Shown: positions 29,115 through 37,553, counted from the stretch's first letter. The stretch: DNA of 64,000 bases from Treponemataceae bacterium (GCA_963667725.2 CAXXHO010000005.1:1303189-1367188); one strand, 5' to 3'. The notes: generated by a model from the letters alone, not told the origin. A program made the numbers and translations.

Positions 29115-29444
29115 CTACGCTGAAGCCGTTCCGCTTCTCTTTTTCCTGGCCGCCGGTTTCGGTTGCAAGGTGCTTTTCAATTCCTGAGCCGCGTGGGCAG
29201 TTGTTTTCTTTACGATTTCCGCCTTGTGCTTTACTTTTTCCCTGATGGTCTCCAAGGCATCTTCCGCTTTCTTTTTCAGCTCGTCCCTGGTTTCTTTTCC
29301 TGATTTCGGCGCGTAGAGAATTCCTTTCAGCAGCCCAATCGTGGCGGCTATACCCATTCCCAGCGCGAAATTTATGGAGGCCTTTCTCCGGTCCTCATCC
29401 CTTTTCTTCCTGTTTACCATATCCAGCATAGTATTGAAAAACAT
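29115..29444 (-). CDS. YtxH domain general stress protein
   Basis: FALGMGIAATIG..GILYAPKSGKETRDELK motif; GGAGGA RBS. Confidence 0.85.
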   Translation of the reverse strand: MFFNTMLDMVNRKKRDEDRRKASINFALGMGIAATIGLLKGILYAPKSGKETRDELKKKAEDALETIREKVKHKAEIVKKTTAHAAQELKSTLQPKPAARKKRSGTASA

Positions 29445-29547
29445 ACAAATTCCTCCGCAGAAAATTCTGCTGATCTCGAGTCGTTCTGCCGGTCGTTTTG
29501 GACCGGTTAACCTCAACTCGGGCGAGATAAAATCGGCGACCGCGCGG

Positions 29548-29724
29548 TTACATATTCTTTTTGATTTCTGCCTTGGCGTCGCCGAGTCCTGCCTGAACGG
29601 CCCCTTTGATTTTTTTGGCCTTTCCTTTTTTCTCCATTTTTTTATCGCCGACGACTATGCCTATCGCCTGCTTGACCTTGCCTTTCACTTCGTCGATGCG
29701 TCCCTTGATCTGATCATTATTCAT
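29548..29724 (-). CDS. csbD: CsbD family general stress protein (58 aa, absent from ORF track)
   Basis: Manual translation MNNDQIKGRIDEVKGKVKQAIGIVVGDKKMEKKGKAKKIKGAVQAGLGDAKAEIKKNM; AGGAGA RBS. Confidence 0.88.
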   Translation of the reverse strand: MNNDQIKGRIDEVKGKVKQAIGIVVGDKKMEKKGKAKKIKGAVQAGLGDAKAEIKKNM

Positions 29725-29796
29725 TCTTGTCTCCTGTAATGAAGTCTTCTGGAAAGGGTCTCATTTATCAATGCTCCCATTCTTTTGCCTGATCTA

Positions 29797-29914
29797 AAGG
29801 TACTTTGATGACCTTGATGGGTCTGTGCGGCAGCACACATAGGGCAGTGCAAAGGAAGGCCGGACAGTCTATGTGTGCTGCCGCACAGACCGCTTCGGGC
29901 TTGGGACCTATGCT
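29797..29914. promoter_or_regulatory. Divergent pair of CRP/FNR-like promoters (copies 4 and 5)
   Basis: Perfect 23-bp inverted repeat 29820-29842 / 29869-29891 containing TGTGTGCTGCCGCACA-GAC; -10 TACCTT (minus) and TATGCT (plus), each at N18. Confidence 0.75.
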
Positions 29915-29936
29915 CTTACGTATAAGGAGAAGTATC

Positions 29937-30131
29937 GTGAATACACTGAACGCAAAAAGCGCTATGTATGGGCCGATAGGCGAGTTCGGGAGCAAGTTGG
30001 ATTTTTTCCGCGATGTTGACATTTTTTCCGAAGAGAGAAAAGTTGAAGAGCTTCTCGATAAAGTGGAGAAGCGAATCGGAAGGGCGAAAGAAAACGTTGT
30101 TGGATTCATCAATACAACGGTTATAAGGTGA
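29937..30131 (+). CDS. Hypothetical small protein (64 aa)
   Basis: AAGGAGA RBS before GTG 29937; stop overlaps the next start (GTGA). Confidence 0.5.
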   Translation: MNTLNAKSAMYGPIGEFGSKLDFFRDVDIFSEERKVEELLDKVEKRIGRAKENVVGFINTTVIR

Positions 30132-30583
30132 TCAATGTCATTGGGCTTAATAATCGCATAACTTTACATAAATACACGAAGGCCGCGAAAGCCATAAAGT
30201 CCGAACTTGCCGAAAAATTCCCCGGCATCTCCTTTTCGATAAAATCGAAATCGTTCGCGAACGGAGACAATGTGACGATAGATTGGACAGGCGGCCCGAC
30301 GAGCGATGCCGTCGAGTCGGTGGTGATTAAATACCGATACGGAACGTTCGACGCATCGAAAAATCTTTACCTCTACGACAGTCGCGACGATGCCATTCCC
30401 CAGGCCCAGTACGTGATGGTTTCCCACCATCACAGCGATTCTTCGCAAAAAAAGGCCAAGCAGGAAATCGCCGATGGCTTCAATGTGGACATGAATGACA
30501 GCCAGGCGGTTTTCGCCGCCTTCGGCAACTGGCCTCAGCCTTTGATCCGCGCGAAGCTCGAACATCGCAGTCCGTTCAATTAG
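30128..30583 (+). CDS. LPD29 (large polyvalent protein-associated domain 29)-like protein
   Basis: AKAIKSELAEKFPGISFSIKS..GDNVTIDWTGGPTSDAV..KYRYGTFD pattern. Confidence 0.7.
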   Translation: MINVIGLNNRITLHKYTKAAKAIKSELAEKFPGISFSIKSKSFANGDNVTIDWTGGPTSDAVESVVIKYRYGTFDASKNLYLYDSRDDAIPQAQYVMVSHHHSDSSQKKAKQEIADGFNVDMNDSQAVFAAFGNWPQPLIRAKLEHRSPFN

Positions 30584-30718
30584 GCCGAATGTAATAAATA
30601 GAATCCAGACTTTGTTTTTACCGCTCCTCTCAGTATTTTTAGGCATACTTCATATGCGCTGCATGGTGGCGTATATTCTATTTGAAGGATGAATCCAAAA
30701 CCTGAGAAGGAGTTTTTC

Positions 30719-31519
30719 ATGGAACTAGGACTCAAGAATAAAATACTCTTTGCTTCGGCTTCTACCGATGGCTTGGGGCTGGGCATAGCGGAAAACGCTC
30801 TCGCCGAAGGCGCTTTCGTGTTTTTAGGCGGCAGATCGCAGGAGAGGCTCGATGCGGCGTTGAAACGCCTGGTTCCTTTGGCGGCGGCATCGGGCGGGCG
30901 GTCCGCCGGCACTGTCCTGGACATGTCCTCGGCCGGTTCCATCGAAGCCTGGGTCGCGGCGGGAATGGCCGCGATGGGGGAGCCGGACGCGCTGCTGGTG
31001 AACGCCGGCGGACCGCCCCCCGGAGACTTCGAAACGCTGGCGGGCGATGAGCCCTGGCAGGCGGCCTTCAACCTCACCCTCATGTCTTCCGTGCGGCTCA
31101 TCCGCGCTGTCCTGCCCTCCCTCAAGGCGAAGGGCGGTTCGATTCTCACGATAACCTCGAGTTCGGTGAAGGAGCCTTGGCCTGGGCTGATTCTTTCAGG
31201 CGTCATGCGCTCGGGAGTCGCCAGCCTCGTTAAATCGCTGTCGATCGAGCTCGCGCCTTACGGCATCCGCGTCAACAACATAGCGCCGGGCAATATCATG
31301 ACGGGCCGCCTCGATAGGCTCATCGCCGCCGAGGCCAAGGGCGCCGGAATCTCCAGCGACGAGCGGCGGGCCCAGCGTCAGGCCAATATCCCCATGGGAC
31401 GCATCGGGGAAGTGGAGGAGTTCGGCAGGGCGGGGGCTTTCCTTCTGTCGCCGGCAGCATCCTACCTGAACGGCCAGACCCTCCTCGTGGACGGGGGCGC
31501 TTCCAAGTTCCTGTACTGA
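30719..31519 (+). CDS. SDR family oxidoreductase
   Basis: MELGLKNK..ASTDGLG, LVNAGGPPPG, GIRVNNIAPG, IPMGRIG, VDGG. Confidence 0.92.
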   Translation: MELGLKNKILFASASTDGLGLGIAENALAEGAFVFLGGRSQERLDAALKRLVPLAAASGGRSAGTVLDMSSAGSIEAWVAAGMAAMGEPDALLVNAGGPPPGDFETLAGDEPWQAAFNLTLMSSVRLIRAVLPSLKAKGGSILTITSSSVKEPWPGLILSGVMRSGVASLVKSLSIELAPYGIRVNNIAPGNIMTGRLDRLIAAEAKGAGISSDERRAQRQANIPMGRIGEVEEFGRAGAFLLSPAASYLNGQTLLVDGGASKFLY

Positions 31520-31615
31520 GGGCACGAAGAATTGGATAGGATACCGGGACCACCCAGGATCTACATGTAAATCTTGGGCGGTCCTGATAGCCTGTCGGCG
31601 TTTATTTGCCTGCTT

Positions 31616-32542
31616 TTATTTTATTTTTGAATTCCCCGACGGGCGGACGGGGCGGGCCTCGATGTAGCCGCGCCAGCCCTGAGGCGCTAGCTGGAAACGC
31701 GGAGCCGAATCGGGCGCCCAGGCGAAACCGTAAAGGGCGGGATCGAAACTGTCGATCTTCTTCATCACCGCGACGACGGCTTCCTCGAAATCCTCGTCAT
31801 CGTAGGGCTCTCCCTGGAATATCATCATCATCGCCGGCCCGAATTCGGCGAGTTCGTATCCTTCCGGAACAGGCCCGCTCCAATCCAGGGGCAGCTCGAC
31901 GCCCTGCACGTACTCAGAGGTGCCGGCCGGGCGGGATTTCGCGGGCAGCCAGAGGCCGACCGGCTCATAGAGCGCTTCCTTGACGCTTGAAAGGACGCCC
32001 CACACGTCGCAGCCCACTTCTTCGCAGTAGGCGAAGTACTCGCTCGCCGTCTTGGCTCGCCTGAGGAGGACCTTGCGGGCTGGCCTCTCAATCACTTGCA
32101 CGAAAATTGTCTTGCTCGTTACGTCTTTCATTTCTTTTTCTCCTTTTCCTTGCTTTTGGCGCAACAAAAGAGGGTATGGCAGAAATAGCTTTACAGGGCG
32201 GGGCTGTCTGCGGTACTTCGCCGGGCCTACGCCGAATTCTTTCGAAAAAGAGCGTGTGAACCCTTCGTGCGAGTCGAACATGAAGTCCAAGGCCACGTCG
32301 AGAACCCTCGAGGGTTTGTCCCGCAATACCAGAGCCGCCTGCGAAAGCCTTAATCTGCGGATGTATTCGAAGGGCGGCTGACCGGTCAGCTCCCTGAATA
32401 TCCGCTGGGCGTGCCACACGGAATATCCCGCCGCACGCGCCAGATCATTGACCGAGATTTTATCGCGCACATTCGCGAGAATATAATCCTGCATTTGGCG
32501 TACTGCGCGGACCATGTCCTCTCGCGTGTGTTCCCGTTCCAT
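31616..32542 (-). CDS. AraC family transcriptional regulator with C-terminal effector domain
   Basis: N-terminal dual HTH (LARAAGYSVWH..FDSHEGFTRSFSKEFG..P..YR). Confidence 0.9.
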   Translation of the reverse strand: MEREHTREDMVRAVRQMQDYILANVRDKISVNDLARAAGYSVWHAQRIFRELTGQPPFEYIRRLRLSQAALVLRDKPSRVLDVALDFMFDSHEGFTRSFSKEFGVGPAKYRRQPRPVKLFLPYPLLLRQKQGKGEKEMKDVTSKTIFVQVIERPARKVLLRRAKTASEYFAYCEEVGCDVWGVLSSVKEALYEPVGLWLPAKSRPAGTSEYVQGVELPLDWSGPVPEGYELAEFGPAMMMIFQGEPYDDEDFEEAVVAVMKKIDSFDPALYGFAWAPDSAPRFQLAPQGWRGYIEARPVRPSGNSKIK

Positions 32543-32684
32543 GATCTCCTCCTATTGCACCACGCGATGGAGTATCGCGGATTCCCGTTTTCCGTTCTTG
32601 ACCTGTACTGCGAAATTGAAAAAACGTCGCCGACGTGTCGCCGCATCGTCGCGCCACTTCGCCGCCGCGCCGACCTGTCCTCTA

Positions 32685-33497
32685 TCATCTCCGCCACGTG
32701 GTGGGATCGCGGCGGAAAAAGAGCTTGAGCTGTTCGTGGACGGCTGGGTATTCCCGCTGGAGGACGGTTGGACGCTCCCAGAAATATTCGCAGACCACGG
32801 CGAAGAATTCGTCGGGACTCTCGGCCGCGTAAGGGTCCAGCCTGGACCGCGTTTTCGAGGTTCCCCGGCGCGCGGCGCGTCGCGCCTTCGGGGAATCCGA
32901 GAGTTTGGCGTTCAGGTCTTTCCAGGCATCGGTAAACGTTTCGTTCCAGCGTAGCGGGTCCATGCCGGCATGCAGGGGAGGGCGGCCGTCATAGAGACCA
33001 TCCAGGCCGTCGAGTTTGTGGGACATCTCGTGTATGACGACGTTGTAGCCCTCGCCCCAGCCCGAGGCGTCTATGTCGGGAATCGACAGAGCGATGGGCC
33101 CCAGCGAGAACGACTCACCGGCCAAGGTTTCCTCCCGTTCGTGGAGAATGCCCGATTCGTCCGTCCAGCGCTGCGTGACGGCGTAGGCGTCGGGCGTGAC
33201 GAATATCGTGCTGAAGTCACGGTACCAGGACAGGTCCAGGCCGAGCAGCGGAAGACAGGCCTGAGCGGCGATTGAAACCTTCAGTTTTTGGTCGATTTCG
33301 GCTCCGTCCACGGGGTAGAAGCGCTTAGTGGCCAGAAACTGTCCCGAAAGCTCGCGCAGCCGCGTCCGATCATCGTCGGGCAAGCCCGTGAATATGCGGT
33401 GCTCATCCATGGCCCAAGCCCATAGTTCGTCGCGGATAGCGCCTCTCTCGGCGAGCCGCCGGCGTCTTGCTTCCAGAAATCCGTCGAAAATTCCCAT
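32685..33497 (-). CDS. MtfA/M90 family zinc-dependent peptidase
   Basis: IAAQACLPLL, NVVIHEMSHKLD (HExxH), DPYAAESPDEFFAV. Confidence 0.88.
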   Translation of the reverse strand: MGIFDGFLEARRRRLAERGAIRDELWAWAMDEHRIFTGLPDDDRTRLRELSGQFLATKRFYPVDGAEIDQKLKVSIAAQACLPLLGLDLSWYRDFSTIFVTPDAYAVTQRWTDESGILHEREETLAGESFSLGPIALSIPDIDASGWGEGYNVVIHEMSHKLDGLDGLYDGRPPLHAGMDPLRWNETFTDAWKDLNAKLSDSPKARRAARRGTSKTRSRLDPYAAESPDEFFAVVCEYFWERPTVLQREYPAVHEQLKLFFRRDPTTWRR

Positions 33498-33616
33498 GCT
33501 TTCAGCCTACACGGGAATCGCCTTTCGCTGAAGCCTCCATTCGCCGCATAATGGAGGCGCCGGCCGCCTTCCGCGATCTTCCGGCGTTTCGGCTCGGTCT
33601 TTGGCAGGCATGGCTA

Positions 33617-33644
33617 TTGACAATTCGAGGCCTTTCAACATAAT
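33617..33644 (+). promoter_or_regulatory. Stable-RNA promoter of the tRNA cluster
   Basis: TTGACA-N16-CATAAT. Confidence 0.65.
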
Positions 33645-33677
33645 GTCGGTACTCGCCGATTCATTTTTTCTGTCTGT

Positions 33678-33762
33678 GGAGCGGTGTCCGAGGGGTTTAA
33701 GGAGGCGGTCTTGAAAACCGTTGAACCGCGAGGTTCCGGGGGTTCGAATCCCCCCTGCTCCG
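33678..33762 (+). tRNA. tRNA-Ser(TGA)
   Basis: GGAGCGG/CTGCTCC acceptor stem, loop CT-TGA-AA, long variable arm, GGTTCGAATCC. Confidence 0.95.
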
Positions 33763-33781
33763 GATACTGCGATATTTTGTT

Positions 33782-33869
33782 GGAGAGGTGCGAGAGCGGC
33801 CGAATCGGGCTCCCTGCTAAGGAGTTGTACCTCTAAAGGGTACCGAGGGTTCGAATCCCTCCCTCTCCG
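33782..33869 (+). tRNA. tRNA-Ser(GCT)
   Basis: GGAGAGG/CCTCTCC, loop CT-GCT-AA, long variable arm. Confidence 0.95.
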
Positions 33870-33875
33870 CTACGC

Positions 33876-33949
33876 GAGGCTATAGCTCAGCTGGATAGAG
33901 CTTCAGATTGCGGATCTGAAGGTCGGAGGTTCGAATCCTCTTAGCCTCA
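33876..33949 (+). tRNA. tRNA-Arg(GCG)
   Basis: GAGGCTA/TAGCCTC, TCAGA-TT-GCG-GA-TCTGA anticodon arm. Confidence 0.95.
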
Positions 33950-33959
33950 TTCTTCGTTT

Positions 33960-34045
33960 GGAGAGATGCGAGAGCGGCTGAATCGGGCGGTCTCGAAAAC
34001 CGTTAAACCTTTTAGGTTTCGAGGGTTCGAATCCCTCTCTCTCCG
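33960..34045 (+). tRNA. tRNA-Ser(CGA)
   Basis: GGAGAGA/TCTCTCC, loop CT-CGA-AA, long variable arm. Confidence 0.95.
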
Positions 34046-34132
34046 CAAGCCGCGCTTCTTCGTCGCTCCAACGTCGATAAAGCAGGCGTTTTCAGTTTTT
34101 CGTTTCTGTTTTCGTTTCTTGTTTTTCTTTTT

Positions 34133-34219
34133 GGAGAGATGACCGAGCGGCCGAAGGTGCGCGATTGGAAGTCGCGTGTACCCGTAAGGGTACCTAGGGT
34201 TCAAATCCCTATCTCTCCG
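34133..34219 (+). tRNA. tRNA-Ser(GGA)
   Basis: GGAGAGA/TCTCTCC, CGCGA-TT-GGA-AG-TCGCG, long variable arm. Confidence 0.95.
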
Positions 34220-34229
34220 TAGCATTTAG

Positions 34230-34341
34230 AGCGCAAGAAGCCAGGCACTGTGCTCGTAACCACTGCGGAACCCGCCAGGTCCGGAAGGAAGCAACGGTAC
34301 GTGGAAGGTGCGGTGCCGCAGAGCGCCTGGCTTCTTGCGCT
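34230..34341 (+). ncRNA. ffs: Signal recognition particle RNA (small type)
   Basis: CAGGTCCGGAAGGAAGCA domain IV motif inside a long hairpin closed by AGCGCAAGAAGCCAGGC/GCCTGGCTTCTTGCGCT; typical location before dnaX. Confidence 0.9.
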
Positions 34342-34384
34342 TCAAGTGCTTTACCCTTCCACGCCTCCATGCTATTTTGATGCC

Positions 34385-36577
34385 ATGCCTTATGAAGTCA
34401 CCGCGGCCAGAAAACGCCCCCAATCATTCGAACAGCTCGCTGGCCAGGAGTTCGTCGCCGCCACCCTCGAGAAGTCCCTCGAGACCGGCAGGATAGCCCA
34501 CGCCTATCTTTTTTCGGGCCCAAGGGGCTGCGGCAAGACGAGCACGGCGCGCATCCTCGCGAAGGCGCTCAACTGCGAAAAAGGTCCCACGTCTGAGCCC
34601 TGCGGCGTCTGCGATTCCTGCAGGTCGATAACGGCCGGTTCGTCCCTCGACGTGATCGAGATCGACGGCGCCTCGAACACCTCGGTTGAGAACGTGCGCC
34701 AGATAAAGGATGAGGTTCTTTTCCCGCCCAATTCCAGCCGCTATAAAATATATATCATCGACGAAGTCCACATGCTCTCGACAAGCGCCTTCAACGCCCT
34801 CCTCAAGACGATCGAGGAGCCGCCGCCCTACGTGATTTTCATGTTCGCCACGACGGAGCAGCACAAGGTGCCGGCCACGATCAAGAGCCGCTGCCAGCAG
34901 TTCACCTTCAGGCTCGTATCCTCTGACGTGGTCGTGCGGCTGCTCGCCGCCGCCGCCGCCGATCTCGGCGTGACCGCCGAACCCGAGGCCCTGCTCTGGA
35001 TCACCCGCGAATCGGGCGGCTCCGTGCGCGACGCCTACACCCTCTTCGACCAGGTAGTCTCCTTCGCCGAAGGCCACATCACGGCGGCCCTCATCCGCGA
35101 AAAGCTCGGCCTCGTAGGCCAGGACAGGATGAACGCGCTCTTCGGGCTTTTCGTCGCGGGCGATACGGCGGGCTCCCTTTCGGCCTTGGACTCGATTCTC
35201 GGCGGCGGCGTTTCGCCTGAGCAGTTTGTGGCCGACACCGTCGAATACTGCAGGGCTCTTCTTCTTATCAAGCATGGCCTCACGCGCGAGAGCATCCTCG
35301 GCGCCCCGCTTTCCTCCTTCGATCTTTCGATCACCGAGGCCTTGTCGGGCGAACGCATCGAGCGCGTCCTCTCGACCTTCCTGTCCGCGTACCGGAACCT
35401 GAAAGAGTCCATCGATCCCCGCTACGAACTGGACCTCGCCGTGGCGAAGGCTTCCCATATCGGCAGTTATGTGCCCCCCTCCGATCTCGTCAGGGCGGTG
35501 GGCACCCTCAAGCGCTATCTCGAGAAGAACGCCCCGATGACAACGGGCTCCGCTTCAGCGGCCCCCGCTTCGTCGGCCGCCCGGGCTCCGGCTCCAGCCC
35601 CGGAACAGATCCGGACGGCGGCCGCCCCCATGGCATCGGCCGCCCCCGCGGCATCGCCCACCTCTTCGGTCCCGGTCCAGCCCGCTCCTTCGGTCGCCGC
35701 CCAGCCCGCCGTTTCATTCGGGGGCATCGATCCCTCAAAGTTGCCGGAACTCAAGAAAATTCTCGTCGCCGATATAAAGAAGAACAACGTGCTTCTCGCC
35801 ACGGCCCTGGACAAGAGCCGTTCCTGGCATCTCAAGGGGCAGACGCTTTCCATCTCGGTGACGAAACAGATGGACTGTGACCTCCTCAGGCGATTCCTCG
35901 CCATCATCGCCGAGGTGCTGGCCGTGAGAGTGGGCTCTCCCCAGAAGATCGAAGTGACGCTGGCGGCGGAGGATATTCCCGAGGAGAGCCAAGGCCAAGG
36001 TGATTCCCCTTTTGATTCCCCCGGCGCGGAGGCCGGGTTCGCGTCTCAGGGAATCGATGTAGCTCGGGACGTCGACGGTGCCTCAGGAGCCTCTAGAGCC
36101 CCCGAAACCTCCGGGCGCGCCGAAAGCGACGCCCGCTTGCCGGGATCCTTCAACGAGCGGCCGCGGGGAGATCGGGGAGACCGGCAAGACCGGCAGGAAA
36201 ACAGGCAGGCTCGAGGACAGCAGCCTAAGCCCGATTCCGGCAGAGGCCAGGCCAACCCCGTGAATGTACCGCAGGTGAGTCTTCCCGAAAGGGAGGCGAT
36301 CGGCATGGTCGAGCGCCTTTTTAAGGGAAATCTCGCGGGCTATTCGCATGCCGCGCAAGGTGCGGCGTCAAGCTCGACGGCGTCAAGCTCGACGTCGTCA
36401 GATTCGCCGGCGCAAAGCCCGACGGCGCCAGGTTTGGCGGCGTCAGGCTCGATCCCCTCAAGCTCGGCGCCACGGAGACCCATCGAACGGGGCCCGACGG
36501 AAGAAGACGCTGAAATGGAAGACGACAGGGCCGCTACCTATAGTCCCGATATCGACGAAAACGAAACATCAGAATAA
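34385..36577 (+). CDS. dnaX: DNA polymerase III subunit gamma/tau with long low-complexity C-terminus
   Basis: RKRPQSF, HAYLFSGPRGCGKTS, EIDGASN, IIDEVHML, NALLKTIEEPP, SRCQ. Confidence 0.96.
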   Translation: MPYEVTAARKRPQSFEQLAGQEFVAATLEKSLETGRIAHAYLFSGPRGCGKTSTARILAKALNCEKGPTSEPCGVCDSCRSITAGSSLDVIEIDGASNTSVENVRQIKDEVLFPPNSSRYKIYIIDEVHMLSTSAFNALLKTIEEPPPYVIFMFATTEQHKVPATIKSRCQQFTFRLVSSDVVVRLLAAAAADLGVTAEPEALLWITRESGGSVRDAYTLFDQVVSFAEGHITAALIREKLGLVGQDRMNALFGLFVAGDTAGSLSALDSILGGGVSPEQFVADTVEYCRALLLIKHGLTRESILGAPLSSFDLSITEALSGERIERVLSTFLSAYRNLKESIDPRYELDLAVAKASHIGSYVPPSDLVRAVGTLKRYLEKNAPMTTGSASAAPASSAARAPAPAPEQIRTAAAPMASAAPAASPTSSVPVQPAPSVAAQPAVSFGGIDPSKLPELKKILVADIKKNNVLLATALDKSRSWHLKGQTLSISVTKQMDCDLLRRFLAIIAEVLAVRVGSPQKIEVTLAAEDIPEESQGQGDSPFDSPGAEAGFASQGIDVARDVDGASGASRAPETSGRAESDARLPGSFNERPRGDRGDRQDRQENRQARGQQPKPDSGRGQANPVNVPQVSLPEREAIGMVERLFKGNLAGYSHAAQGAASSSTASSSTSSDSPAQSPTAPGLAASGSIPSSSAPRRPIERGPTEEDAEMEDDRAATYSPDIDENETSE
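36363..36467 (+). repeat. Seven degenerate 15-bp tandem repeats in the dnaX tail
   Basis: Consensus CGGCGTCAAGCTCGA; the first two copies are identical. Confidence 0.8.
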
Positions 36578-36588
36578 GAGGATATTTT

Positions 36589-36930
36589 ATGGAAATTTCG
36601 GATCTCATGAACATGCTCAAGAATCCCCAGGCCATCCAGGCCAAAGCCAACGAACTGAAGCAGAAAACAGCCGCCCTCAGGGCTACGGGCCAGTCGGGGG
36701 GCGGAATGGTCAAAGTCACCCTTTCGGGCGAAATGGAAATGCTCGAATGCTCGATAGCCCCGGAAGCCGTCGATCCCTCCGACCCCAAAATGCTCGAAGA
36801 CCTCATCCGCGCGGCCCACCATGACGCCGCCGAACGCATCCAGGAATCCATACGGACACAGATGGCGGAAATGATGGGCGGCATGCCTCCGGGAATGTTC
36901 GGCGGCGGGAACCCCTTCGGAGGATTCTGA
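36589..36930 (+). CDS. ybaB: YbaB/EbfC nucleoid-associated protein
   Basis: GQSGGGMVKVTLSG, MLEDLIRAA; dnaX-ybaB-recR synteny. Confidence 0.93.
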   Translation: MEISDLMNMLKNPQAIQAKANELKQKTAALRATGQSGGGMVKVTLSGEMEMLECSIAPEAVDPSDPKMLEDLIRAAHHDAAERIQESIRTQMAEMMGGMPPGMFGGGNPFGGF

Positions 36931-37553
36931 TGCGAGCCCTCGAGGACCTCGTTTCGCTGCTTACCCGGCTTCCGGGCATCGGCCGGAAAAGCGCGCTCCG
37001 CATGGCCTATTATCTTCTGAAGGCCGACCAGCGCTATGCCGAAGCCCTCTCCGAGCGCATCGCGAAGCTGCAGGGCGAAATCAGGTTCTGCTCCGTCTGC
37101 GGTTCCTACACGGAAACCGACCCCTGCCCCGTATGCGACGGCCTCGATAGGGACCGCCGGATCATCTGCGTCGTCGAACAGCCCCAGGACGTTCTCACCA
37201 TCGAGGCGTCGAAGGAATATAAAGGCCTCTACCATGTTCTCGGCGGACTTCTTTCGCCGCTAGACGGCATCGGCCCCGACAAGCTGAGGATAGCCTCCCT
37301 CGTGCAGAGGATCAGGGCGGGCAGGAACGCTTCCCCTGAGGTCGCCTCTCACCCCGGCCGTATCGAGGAAGTCGTGCTCGCGACCAATCCCACGGTCGAG
37401 GGCGACACGACAGCCCTGTACATAAAAAAAGTGCTGGAGAGAGAAGGCATCCAGGTGACCAGGCTCGCGACGGGCATTCCCGTGGGCGGCGACCTGGAAT
37501 ACGCTGACCGCCTCACGCTCGCCCGTTCGTTTCATGGGAGAATGCCGCTGTGA
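36930..37553 (+). CDS. recR: Recombination protein RecR
   Basis: LPGIGRKSALR, C4 zinc finger, YHVLGG, ATNPTVEGDTTA, GIPVGGDLEY. Confidence 0.96.
   Translation: MRALEDLVSLLTRLPGIGRKSALRMAYYLLKADQRYAEALSERIAKLQGEIRFCSVCGSYTETDPCPVCDGLDRDRRIICVVEQPQDVLTIEASKEYKGLYHVLGGLLSPLDGIGPDKLRIASLVQRIRAGRNASPEVASHPGRIEEVVLATNPTVEGDTTALYIKKVLEREGIQVTRLATGIPVGGDLEYADRLTLARSFHGRMPL

Noticed and set aside
33678..34219. tRNA cluster as an integration site for the accessory block
   Set aside because: I saw no duplicated tRNA 3' end or integrase, and ordinary genes separate the cluster from the block.
34250..34384. N-terminal extension of DnaX given in the ORF track
   Set aside because: It overlaps the SRP RNA; the conserved DnaX N-terminus starts at ATG 34385.
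36348..36824. Protamine-like Arg-rich ORF (RRQARRRQAR..) overlapping dnaX/ybaB
   Set aside because: An alternative-frame reading of the 15-bp repeats, with no SD and fully overlapping two real genes.
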